This document shows, piece after piece, positions 52,729 to 64,000 of a stretch of DNA of 64,000 nt. The stretch is taken from assembly GCA_977030845.1 (NCBI GenBank), contig OZ365112.1, positions 15,128,001 to 15,192,000 of the forward strand, written 5' to 3'. The translations under genes and the position numbers were made by a program. Position 1 is the first letter of the stretch; each line of letters opens with the position of its first letter. Below the pieces are notes generated by a model. It was not told the origin of the DNA. It saw nothing but the letters and a program-made list of their open reading frames with translations, and did no database searches. The DNA is from Fimbriosthenelais zetlandica (lineage: Eukaryota).

Positions 52729-55700
52729 CTGGAGAGCATATAATGTAAGTGGGCGCCTGGAGCCAAAACCAAGAGAAGGAAGGTGAGGTCAAAATCAAGG
52801 TCATGACCTTCGATCTAAAGCTTGAACATGGGCTGACAGGGCATCCGCCTCCCAGCTCGATTTAAGAAGCTTGTAAGAGGTTTATAGAAAAGACTCATTC
52901 CAACCATAAAATACCTGAATAATATATATATCTCTTCTCTTCAGCAGGAAGTATTAGCGAAATGTGGAATATTCTACAGATAAGCTCGATGTTTTGAATT
53001 AACCAAATGCAAAATATGCATTTCATTTGGATAGATCTATCATTTTCATCTTTATCCCTTCATGCAAAATATCAAGATTTTTCTGACCATGACTAAGTCC
53101 TTTGGGTCATAACGTCAACATGGAAGGCCCCATCAATAACTTCCGGTTCAGTGGTCCCTTCCACGCAATGTCACACAGTGGTCAGACCCTGTTTAGACTG
53201 GTCACTTAGACAACCAGTTCTAATCAGTTCAGCCAATAGAATAATTCAATAGAAGAGTCTCATACCAGCCCCGTTTTTACCAGGATTATGTGGGCAATAT
53301 AACCCTACAACTAAACACCTGCGACAACAATCCAAATTCTCTGCTTCTTGTTTATTTTCATTTCCCCCTCTGGCTCGGTCTCCGAATCTACCTTTCCCTC
53401 GTTGTCCTGTGAAATTTCCTGACATGTTGCTGGCCTTCCAATGTTTGTTCAAGGCATTAAACAAAAACTAAATCCTTAAAAATTTCCTCAAAAATGTCAT
53501 TGGTTCAATGGGTTGACATTTTTGTCAATGGTTTTGGGATTCGATCGCCTAAACAATACCAGCCGTTATGCCTCATATGTCAGCAATGAAAAAATAGACT
53601 TTGCTTGAGGCCAACCATCTGACATAACAGTAAACCTCCACTTTAGCTCAACCTTACATCAATATGGCAGACCTATCTCACCAACAGGAACAGAACACGC
53701 GATAAGCTAGTTAACCTAGCAAGGTGCAAGCCAACAAAAATAAAGGTTTATATCCGAGGCCATTTTGTATAATAGAATGCAAAAAGGCATGTATTGTATC
53801 CATTATAGCATGTTCGCAGGCTATATATAAGGGGAGCAATTCATCCTTGCCTTAGTATAATAATCTGTTGATATAGAATGAAGAATCACGTTCCTGTCGC
53901 ATGCCAATTTCGAGGTTGTAAATAACATCTTGTGATTGACCATTGTTCAAGGAGGCACTCAATTACTTGTACATGCACACAGCACATGCGGGGCACTGCA
54001 CCATTTTCAGTGGTTAGGAAATACTTCATTAGCCCCTGTGCCAAACATTTATAAACCATGCCATCCTGTTTATTTTTTCCTCTAATTTCTTGCCTCTTGG
54101 GAAGCAAGATTTTTTTTCCTCTCTAAATTGCTCGAGTACCAGCTGCCAGCTCTATTTCCCCCACCTGGACAGTATATGTGTAGGTTGTTGTGTTGTTTTG
54201 AGCAGCTCACAAACACCTCCTCTGCTCATGATCACTCCTTCATCCTCACCACGTGACTTCCCCCTCCTGCTGGGTCAAAGGTCACTGAGCAACTCCACCC
54301 ACGTGATCCAGGAAAGTAGGTCAGAGGAGAAGCTTCTTGTGTATAAGGGCCCAGACTGGGCCAACAAGGTGTCGTACGTAAAGAAAAGAAAAGTGTCATA
54401 TCAAGTGGCATTCTAAGACTCAGAAAAAGAAGATAAACAAGGTATGGATTTCTTAAGTAGGGGTTGCAAGTTATACCTTGACCAGGTAAAACCAGCAACC
54501 TTGGTAGCAGCAGACTGGTAGGAACCGAGAAAGGTTTGTGGTCACAAGGTGGTCACTAACAAAAAAAAGAAAATGTTTCAATTCCGAGATGACTCGCTGG
54601 ATAATCAATAATCACCGTATCCATAGTACCGTTCATTGGTCTTAAGGGGCACTACTACTATTGATAATCGAGGCGGTCAATAAGATTTCATAACCAGAAA
54701 ACTAGTTTTTCCATATTTCGGAAAGAGTTATTTCTGCAGTAGATACTCAGTTCTTTCAGCCTTTTGGGAGTGATCAAATAGGGTAGCCCCTATAGATTGG
54801 ACTGCATCAACAATGCAAGCAACTCTGTCTAGGCCAGTGCAACCTCGCCCTCCAGTGTGAATAAATATTTACCAGATCGATATGTAGTGCTGACATTTAT
54901 GACATAATAAATCTTGGGATCCACCCTAATACAATGGGCATAAAGGAAGGGCAGACGGGTGAAGAGGTTTGGGTTGAATATCAGTCATGGACAACTCGAG
55001 AAGTGTCTTATCCTATCTTTGATCAAATACGCCAGTTTGAGGTTATGGCAAAAACTTACAAACTTCAGCAGCAAAATTATCAAAAAGGCCCTGGGGATCA
55101 AAATGAAGACCACAACTGCAATAGGTCATGTGTTAAACAGATTTTCAAGTAATAATTCAGGAATGGTAGTATGGGACAAGCAAAATGAACTCCCAATTGC
55201 GCCCCTGTAGCACCATGCTGTTACCTGATCGATCCTTCACCTAAATCCAACACCATAAGGATACTTCTCCAAGACAACATGTCCTGTGCACACATGCTTG
55301 TGCCCCAATATGAAAACAAATTTTGAGCCAGCAGGCTCTAGGGCCCTAAATCTGATCCTCTCCTTCAACCCTTACTTCTCCGGCTAGAATTTCAGGAATG
55401 GAACAAACAAATATTACAGGGTAGAATGGTCAGGGCCCAAAGGTTGTTTCAGCCTGGTTAATAGACCTTATTCTACAAAGGGATGTCATTGAGATGGTCA
55501 TGCTCAGTGTAATGTGCGTGCCATGGCTGGTCAACTTTCATGTCTACCGTACTGCAGCTATATCACATGGTAAGATGTCTCAGACACTCATGTCAATCAA
55601 GACACCATAAGATCATATGTATCAACTACTGTTTGGTTGGCAACACCAGAATCTGTAGGAATTTGGGCCCTGGAAAAGGAACTTGAAGATACTAGTCACG

Positions 55701-56912
55701 CTTTTTCAAATTTAGAAAAAAAAGTGGAAGGTAAAGTGAGTCATTGACTATGTGCAAGGCAATGCTTCATGTCTTGAGTAGTAAGACTTGGGCCGAGGAA
55801 ACTCGACATCCCACAGAAAATAAAGTCCTCTAGTCTTCCTTCACTAGTCCAAGATTAAGCACCTGCTCCACCACACATACCTAGATGTCAGAATGCTACA
55901 GATAAAAAGGCATATACCAAGGCTCCTTCCAAGAACCATATAGGACACCAAGTTCTCATATCTTAACTTAGAACAGCAACATCTTTTCAACACATCCCAA
56001 TCGATGTTTATAGAAAGGCCATCATGCCAAAATTTCGATGAATGTAGATATTTATGTGGCCAATATTCCTTCCAACTGAGACAATTATATTTCTCACCAG
56101 GTTGCAAGATTATGCATATTTCATATTCGAAAACTGACTGGATTGATTATAGTTAAATATGGTGGTAAAAAGCACTGTCTTATACGACAATGCCACTTAA
56201 TGACATGGGTTAAGATACAGCATGTTCGATAAAATTCCAAGAATTTCTTTTCAAAATATCAAACATCTGTGTGTACAGAATGATAGTCGAAGTAATATTC
56301 TGAATCTAGGCCATGGGGTAAAGGAGGAGTCAGTTGAAATGTTATACTCTAGAAAGTCTGTATACAAAACAAAAACACCTGCAGGTGTCGAAGTGGATGC
56401 GATGAGATGTATCCGACAACTTGTATCTCCTATTTGTCTACATTAGTCTTTCTCTTTTTTCTTTGCGTTCAAGGGAAAATAGAGTATGCCTCAAAGATCA
56501 ATGGCACAGAAAAGTTGACGATAATAGTATCTTTGCACGAATACTGATAAAAAGATTGAATTCGAAGAAGAGATAGAGAATTTGGAGTATTTTGAAACCA
56601 AGGGGGATATGCAGACACTGGACTCAAAATGAAGAGTTCCATATCGGGTTGCTAGGTAACGAGGAGGCGTATATATAACGTTTCTCTACTTGTATTCATT
56701 TCCTGCCCTGCTTTTGTATGGGTCTAATAGAACAGGAAACTGTCCACTTGGAGGGGGGTAATTTTCCGGCATTTTTCTCGTGATATTTATAAACATTTTG
56801 TGCCAGATAGACAACAGGGGACATATTGCGGTCAGAATCTTTTCATCTCCCAAATTTACAGTTGGCTACCAGTGGTTACCATGCTGTCTACCGCAATGCC
56901 CCTAAACAGGAC

Positions 56913-57201
56913 AGGAGCAATTAGCTTGGCGCAGCATACAGCTATGGTGTCTTCATTGAAGGCATCCAATCTGGCGCAGCATACATGCAGGGCGTCTTCC
57001 TTCGGAAGATCCAATCGCCTGGGTATTTTTTTTTGTTGCGAATGGCAGAGCGACTAGATTTTTTTGACCAAAGTTGTTAGGAGCAATTAGCTTGGCGCAG
57101 CATACAGCCAGGGTGTCTTCATTGAGGACATCCAATCTGGCGCAGCATATTTTTTTTTTTTGCGAATGGCAGAGTGACTAGATTTTTAGACCAAAGCTGT
57201 T
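56913..57201. repeat. Tandem duplication (166-bp first unit, second unit with an internal deletion of about 43 bp) built on an approximately 42-bp subunit
   Basis: AGGAGCAATTAGCTTGGCGCAGCATACAGC...GACCAAAG(T/C)TGTT starts at both 56913 and 57079; GGCGCAGCATA recurs at about 42-bp spacing within each unit. Confidence 0.9.
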
Positions 57202-57590
57202 AACATTGATCACCTCAATTAAGTTACCAACAAAAATGAAATCAAACCAAATGTCACCCTAAGCCCTTTATGTCCTATCAAAGTGACTGCATGAAGTAAA
57301 ACTATCAGTCTTCATTGCATCCTACAGGCAGTGTTAAACTGCATTTTTTTCACCTCAAAATAAGAGGATCTCACGCCCCACCTATTTCCAAAAGAACGAA
57401 ATGTCACCAATTCCATGTGATCTTTAAAGCATATATTTATTTTGAGGGGATACCGATGGTTACAAGTGTTGTACTCCAGCTACAACTTATTATCATGTCC
57501 ATCATCTCTAATATTGCACTAGCGTGAACCCCAGCAGAAGGGACCGACTTTTTTCTATACAGTGCAGGCCTGATCTGTTTTGGGAATTTG

Positions 57591-57648
57591 CCACGAGGGG
57601 GCGTTGGTCTCCCATGACGTCATTATTGGCGTTAAGCGCCCCCTCCTG
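57591..57648. promoter_or_regulatory. Inverted pair of CTCF-like motifs flanking a CRE
   Basis: CCACGAGGGGGCG 57591-57603 (+), TGACGTCA 57615-57622, ATTGG, and GCGCCCCCTCCTG 57636-57648 (CTCF-like on the minus strand). Confidence 0.4.
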
Positions 57649-58149
57649 TGTGTCACCCGTCACTATGGTTACGTGACCAGGACATTCATATCATCACAGT
57701 GATGGATCTTCATAAACACACGGCCCAAAACAATATCACATTTCTTACAACGTCGGCATGCAACCAAGTATACCATCAGACATGCTGTTATTTGCTTTCT
57801 TGACGATAAAAAAAGGTTCCACAAGTCCCAGAATATTCTCAGAGCTTTTGGCCAACCCGCCTCGTCCACGAGTTAGACAATAACTCGGGATAATGCTATT
57901 GTTACATTTATCTGTTTTGTGTTACTTGCACCAGGGTGGTGGAGTCTCTAACTGAGATGAAGTGAGCAGGTCGTGTGGCTCACTCAGTTTTTGGGTCAGT
58001 TGTGTTAAACACAGGCCTGAGAGGGGCAACGACTCAAATGTGCTCCAGGGTGAATTGGTATGTGGGAGTAAAAGACGCCTTGCGGTCTCAGTGGGGACAC
58101 TGAGATCTATATCTCCAGCGAGAGACCAAAATACAGTTAGATAAAATAG

Positions 58150-58490
58150 CCATGTACACTCTTGTTACAATTCTGCTGCAACACCACACTAAAATGCGTC
58201 GTGTTCTCAAATCAAGTAAGTATGCTTATGGCGTTCTCAGTCACAAAGCCCATGCATCGATGCCAAACAGGCTCTCCGTCCCTAAAATTAAATCATGGAT
58301 CAAATTCATCATTGAAGGACAAAACACTACATGGTTTTTCCTGATCTCATTGACAAGCAATCACTTCTCTCTTCAAACCCTCATCGCTTTCCCATGGTTC
58401 ATGGGTTCCAAATCCATTTGTCCTCGAAATGAGAATTTAAGAATTCCTTTTAAAAGGATCAATTTCACATTTGGGTCTGGATCTTTCTAA
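58150..58490 (-). mobile_element. Possible LTR-retrotransposon protease remnant
   Basis: Minus frame with stops contains HVVFCPSMMNLIHDLILGTESL, resembling the C-terminal D-L-I-L-G motif of retropepsins; no catalytic D-T/S-G seen. Confidence 0.2.
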
Positions 58491-59150
58491 CAAAAAGTAT
58501 TAGGACCTATTTATCTTCTTGAGTATCGGTATAGGCCTAATTTTATTATACCAGTCACCAGAATGGTTTTCAGATATCAAAACACATTGTACATGTAGTT
58601 ATTACGTGGTGTAGGTATAGACATATAGTGCATTTCAATATTAACAAAGTTGAATTTGTACATGGGTTAGTCTGTTGGAAATATGTCCATGATTGTGGAA
58701 GGTGATAGGTTCATAAAGCATACATGTGGTCCATGTAATATTTACCATATCATGTATAAGTGTTTGACATGGGATATTGACTTAAAGGGAGACTAGTCCT
58801 GGGTCTGGAATGTGTCAACTCTAGGACAAAGTACACAAACAATACACACTGCCCTTCAGCATGTTTACTTGATGAGAAGAGGGGTGACAGCAAGGGCTAA
58901 CATGGAGGGAAGGGTGGAGGGATGAGGATTGAACATAACCAACGAAAATAGAACTGAAGTTCTATAACTTCGTTGATATAATCCATACAATAACCCTGAC
59001 CTGGTAATTTTGAAACAACATAGGCCTACATGGAAATCTAACGGAGAACACCCCGCAAAATCAATGGGAAAATCATCAGGTATAAAATCATCAGGATATA
59101 GTCATTTTTTATGTTAAGTTCATATATACCAGGCTATGTTGGTACATTAT

Positions 59151-59255
59151 GCGTCTAAAGCGTCTAAAGCATCTAAAACGTCTAAAGCATCTGAAGCATA
59201 TAGATGTCTGAAGTGTCTAAAGTTTCTAAAGTGTCTAAAGCATCTAAAGCGTCTA
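59151..59255. repeat. 9-bp minisatellite (GCRTCTAAA), about 12 copies
   Basis: GCGTCTAAA GCGTCTAAA GCATCTAAA ACGTCTAAA GCATCTGAA ... GCATCTAAA GCGTCTA read directly. Confidence 0.95.
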
Positions 59256-59645
59256 TGTGCCAGCTCCACCTATATTAGCAGGATCCGTAGAGGCTAATGT
59301 ACCGTGCCCAAAGGTCAAAATGTCAAAAGTAAAAACCTGGCACAGTTCTCAACTTCGTTGTGTGTTTACTATGGACAAAAAGAGAGTAATGAAACGTGCA
59401 ATGCAATGAGTGGACAGCTAATGTCGTTTGAAAAAGGTCCAGCAGTTCAACCAGCCGCCTATTGTAACTTGCCCTGGGGCTAAATGTCCATATTACTCAG
59501 TAAACACTTTAAAGCTGTACGTTAAAAGATCCAATGAAATTCTGTGTCACACAAGGACAATGATGAGCGAATTAGTCTAAAAAAATGTTGATAGAAATAC
59601 AGCACATGCAGGTCAAAAACTTGGTTGTGTCTATAACTATATAAC

Positions 59646-59677
59646 CAAAGAGTGTAGGATACAAAGAGTGTAGGATA
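59646..59677. repeat. Perfect 16-bp tandem duplication
   Basis: CAAAGAGTGTAGGATA x2. Confidence 0.95.
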
Positions 59678-60451
59678 CACTCTTTGCTATAAAACCATGT
59701 GATTGTGCATGTTGGATACTTCTCCACAATGAGAACGTTATGCAGCGTTGTAACTGGTTCCGCCATGGAAATATGCAGCGGGCCCTGTGTTTTGACAAAG
59801 CAATGAAGGGAGCGGATTGGTCAAAATAGGGACCATGCAGCATCAGGCCGCTACTTCTAATGACTTTCCAGATTAAATAGCAGAATACAAAATGCAGGTC
59901 AATGTGTCTAGAGAGGATTTATCTAGTAATAAGTATTACAATAGCAGAACAGACAAATTATTACAATGGTAACCTAATTCTTCACGGTTCTGTCGTGTCC
60001 TAAAATGCAACATAAGTTCTTCCTGACCTGGCATAGCAAGCCCTCTCTGCCCCAATATAACGATAATCTCATGATTAATCCCCATTATTATCCATAGCCC
60101 TGGGGCCCTCCATTCTAGCCATGTTTATTTTGGCAAGCATTATGTCAATACTCATGTCATTGTTGGGGTTAAAACTGTAGACTATTCATGATGTGCATAG
60201 AAAAAAAAATTGTTATTAGTGCAGTTAATTTTGAAGGTAAATTTATTGATTAATATTTTGACTGTCTCTGTATCATGGCCCTATTTCTTTAGTCCATACA
60301 TGTTTCGTCGGGATTTTGAAACTTTGTTTCAGTACTGAATGTCAGATTTCTGGCAAAAGGAGGAGAAACAACGTCATCGCATTTGTTAAACTACTTTTAT
60401 ACCGGAAGTTGAATGATAATCATTCTCCCACGGTTGTCCTGACAAGTTTAA

Positions 60452-61326
60452 CCCTTTAATGCCGAGCCCTATATTAGTTACTGTTCCCACAATACGAGGA
60501 CCCTGAAATAGCCCTCAAAATAGCCATTTGACCACTTTTTGACACTTCAGATGAATATTTCAATTTATTCTTTGCTTTGTACTTTTTATACCAGAATTCT
60601 CAGCATGTTCTTCTGAGTCCAAACATGTAACCATTATATCAGTGGCCCAATTATGGAAAAAGTTACAATGATTTGAATATAGGAGAATTTCGGAAAATCA
60701 CATTAAAAAAGATCCATTTTATTTAATTATTTAGGGCAAAAAATGAGAAAAAATAAAAAAATAAATTTAAAAAACATAAAATTGCCCCCTACAGCATTTT
60801 TTGCACTAAATCCAGTGAACTACTTTTTTCAGAAAAAAAATCATTTTGTAAGTGGCCATTTTGGTTTCCATGGTAACCGATTTGGGGGCAAAAATGGAAT
60901 AAGCCACAATTCTGCCGTTGCCATGGCAACAGAAACACTCGAAATATTAAATTTAAATAATTCTGACCCAGTTCTGATTCTCAGCTTCTGAATAAAGTTT
61001 ACATGATAAAAATCGGATAGGAAATAGAAAAATAATGAATAATAACATTCCCATTACTATTTTTATGAAAAACTTCATTTTCTAGTTTCTTTCATTTTTC
61101 TGGTTCAAAATCCCGGCTCCTGGGAAATCGGTCTTGTAGCTAAAATTTTGATCTGGCTAACTTTGAAAGGCTCCATCTTTACTTCTAATTGGAATTTTTG
61201 AAAGATTTTTTCACCAAATTGAAGCAAATTCCTCGCTCTACTTTGGTGAAATTCAGGTTTGAGTGCATATATGCACTCCTCGTACGTTTGCGGTAGTGCA
61301 TATATGCACTGGTCGGCATTAAAGGG
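60452..61326. mobile_element. Non-autonomous piggyBac-type DNA transposon (875 bp)
   Basis: Perfect 14-bp terminal inverted repeats CCCTTTAATGCCGA / TCGGCATTAAAGGG flanked on both sides by TTAA (60448-60451 and 61327-61330); AT-rich interior with no transposase ORF. Confidence 0.85.
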
Positions 61327-64000
61327 TTAAAGTATGTAATGTATTTATATGTGCCATTTATCATCAAGTACTTATCGACTTAAACCCTAAATTGGGAGGA
61401 AGTCTTTATAAAATGATAACATCACGCCTTTAATGGGGTTCTAAAGCCATGTAAGAAGCATGATTGTCGCAGCTGAAGTATTTTAAATTGAGGGAAGAAC
61501 AAAGGTTGGAGCTGAGAAATGAGGTAATCTACCATGTCAACCATTAACCGACTTACATACCCCTGCCAAACAAACAATTGCCGGCTACAGAGAATCAGAC
61601 ATTACACTTCTCATACAAAGTGTACTGTATACATTATGCCCTTGCAAAAAAAACCCATGAAATGAGTTAAATTGGTTAGAAAATCCTTACACTTATCAGG
61701 TGCACTAGGTAAAAACAACCTGTCTCCTTCAATAAAGATGACACCCCTTCAACACTTCACTTAGTATGACACACTAGACAGACCTTACTATTAGGCAGTG
61801 AATTACATATAATATACCGTTACAAATACTTGAGATGGATAATAATTATCAGAGAGACTATTGAGAACACTGTCGCCTTAACTTGAACACTTACTATAAC
61901 ATCTCGATTTCCTTTAAAAACACTTATTACTTGTTGTGTAGTCTCTGGCGTTGTCTCTCTGATAACATAGATCTATGGATGGTATCTTAAATGTCTCGAC
62001 GAATTTTCCTAAATATGAACTTAGACTAAAGAGCATAAATAACATTAGGTTCAGCCTTTTAGACTGTCTTTATTTCTCCAAGGCTTTAAGATAAAAAAAA
62101 ACCGAGTAAAATATATTTCTTAAGTGTCACTTCAAGAGGATTTTAAAGTGAATAGTATGTACAATGTTTTGCTATGTAGAAGCAAGTTTGGCGCACCCGG
62201 CCATTGGTGCATTAATCACACACAAAAGCAGGAGAATTACCAGACCCCGACTTTTATAGACTGCCTCAATTACAGCCTGTAAAAAGATCCATTGGATGTG
62301 GTCTATATTTAGCTCAGAGGGGGGTCAAATTTGGGAGTCAGCCATAATGCCCGTACCTTAAACTTAAATATGTCCAACAGATTTAAGTACAAGAAGAGGT
62401 GACTCCTTCACGTTACCCAGTCATTCTTGACTAGTCAAATTAGATTTTTATGGCCTCAACTTTTATTTAACTGCAATAAAAGCTTTTAGAGGTTCGAACC
62501 GAGGAGAAATAGTGGGGCTGAAACAGTGAAGGTTCAGACTATTGACCTCCGGTTTAACTCGAATCAGTAGACACTAACGTATCATGTGGAACCCGAAATG
62601 TATGATGTCAAAGTCGTTAATTATTTTTTTTGAATAGTCATTAAAAATAACTATTCGGGTTTTCGTGTATATGGCTAAATCCCAGTCCTATATCTGTTTT
62701 CTGAAAACAGACACAGATGTGTTTCAAGAGGCATGCAAAATGTTATTTACAATTTTTTTCAATCAGGATTTGCATGTTTCGTGAGTGAGTCAGGGACCAC
62801 CCTTGTGCTGTAGAGAGCTGCACAAAGTCATGGTCCTATTGGTCCTGGCCCCTTTCAACCCTATATTTCCAACATCCACTATCTTCCTAGGTCCAAATTA
62901 TCCCATAGGCATAAACAATGACCGGATTCCTTGAGGGACTCCAGGCAGAGACCCTTTCTGTACTCTGGGGTGTTTAAGACATGGAGTTCAATTATTGATT
63001 CAAATCTACACTTGACGGTACACGCAAGAAACACATTAATATTTTCCTGCCAAACTCTAGAAATTCAAGAATTAGAGGTTCTGTGTGCACATGTATACAT
63101 ACACGTAGATATTCATTATCATGAGACCAGCAGATACAAGAGGTAAAAGGTCATTAAAAGGGTCATTCCTCAAAACCACATGCAACACTTCGATCATTTG
63201 GCCTTTGGTAGAGGGATGCATGTTTGATAGATTTTCCGACTAACGTATAGGCAAGGTTCCAAAGGCCCTGCTACTCTAACATCCAGGACTGTATTCATTT
63301 ATATAAAACACACATGAATAGACCTATTCTAGTATTGATTTTTCCTTTATGGCTGCCATAATGAGGTTTCCCAACACTCCTGTTCCCAAGGGTGTTACCT
63401 GTGGACTTTGACACAGTTAGCTTTCAATAAACGGTGTACTAGACAATCAAAGAGATATAGGTTTGGTAGAATGATGGTATTTCACAAACAATGCTGATCT
63501 ATACTTTCAGGAAGCTATAAAAATGAACTGATTGAAAGAAATACGATGGAAGAAATATGATGGGAAGGATATTCTGATCTGAAGAAGAAGAGTGAATGGC
63601 ATGTCGGGGAAGGACTTCATCCTACGAAGAGCGAACGCCCTGTTCAGAAGACAATTATTATAAGAGGAGGGCTGTCATATCATCGATAGTTGGAGGAAGC
63701 ATAATATCATCCATCCACACTCACACCAAAGGGAACAATCCATCAAGAAAGACAATAAAGATCTGACGGCCATGGCATACAACAGAGCTGAGTTAGGGGA
63801 CAAGCCCAGGTGAATTCATGATGCTTGTGAAGTCTTTTATGCCTTTGGGAAATGTGATGTTATCAACTTGCCCGACTGTGTCTAATGAAGTGATAGCACA
63901 CAGCAAAAGTGGTGGCTGGCAAACGGGAGCAAATTATGGCAACTTCCTAATGAAGTACTCAGCAGGCGAAAAATAAAGGGATTTTGTCCTCGGGTTGAGT

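Noticed and set aside
63510-63700. Plus-strand acceptor followed by protein-like text (SYKNELIERNTMEEI*WEGYSDLKKK)
   Set aside because: Early in-frame stop and no identifiable family; cannot be supported at the window edge.
1-64000. CRISPR array, prokaryotic defence operon, rRNA or tRNA genes
   Set aside because: The sequence is intron-containing eukaryotic DNA. There are no regularly spaced repeats with unique spacers and no full cloverleaf; B-box-like strings (about 50170, about 62490) look at best like SINE debris.

Overview
This is a eukaryotic (animal) genomic window of roughly 38% GC by eye, with spliceosomal introns and many decayed transposon fragments. It has no CRISPR array, rRNA or credible tRNA gene. 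Repeat content (a MetaSINE-like element, abundant TAGGCCTA and RFX X-box palindromes) and gene content suggest a marine invertebrate, possibly an echinoderm; this is inference. Almost all ORFs in the supplied track are spurious. Two spliced genes could be reconstructed by hand, and they converge tail-to-tail. (1) A minus-strand ARM-TIR-SAM gene has seven intact, phase-consistent coding exons (37582 to 31605, 405 codons plus stop). It is SARM1-like in domain content but differs in order, and it retains the putative TIR catalytic Glu. Its expected large N-terminal ARM portion is not found intact upstream: there is only a short candidate first exon (37824-37740) below an ETS-type promoter motif, plus possibly decayed exons at about 49-53 kb. 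(2) A plus-strand gene missed by the ORF track encodes a 66-aa single-pass membrane microprotein with an acidic, Tyr-motif tail (CDS 26855-26970 plus 28097-28181). Other features are a piggyBac-type non-autonomous element with TTAA target duplication, a SINE, LINE/LTR/DIRS remnants, several tandem repeats, and clusters of promoter-type motifs. All family comparisons were made from memory, not by database search.
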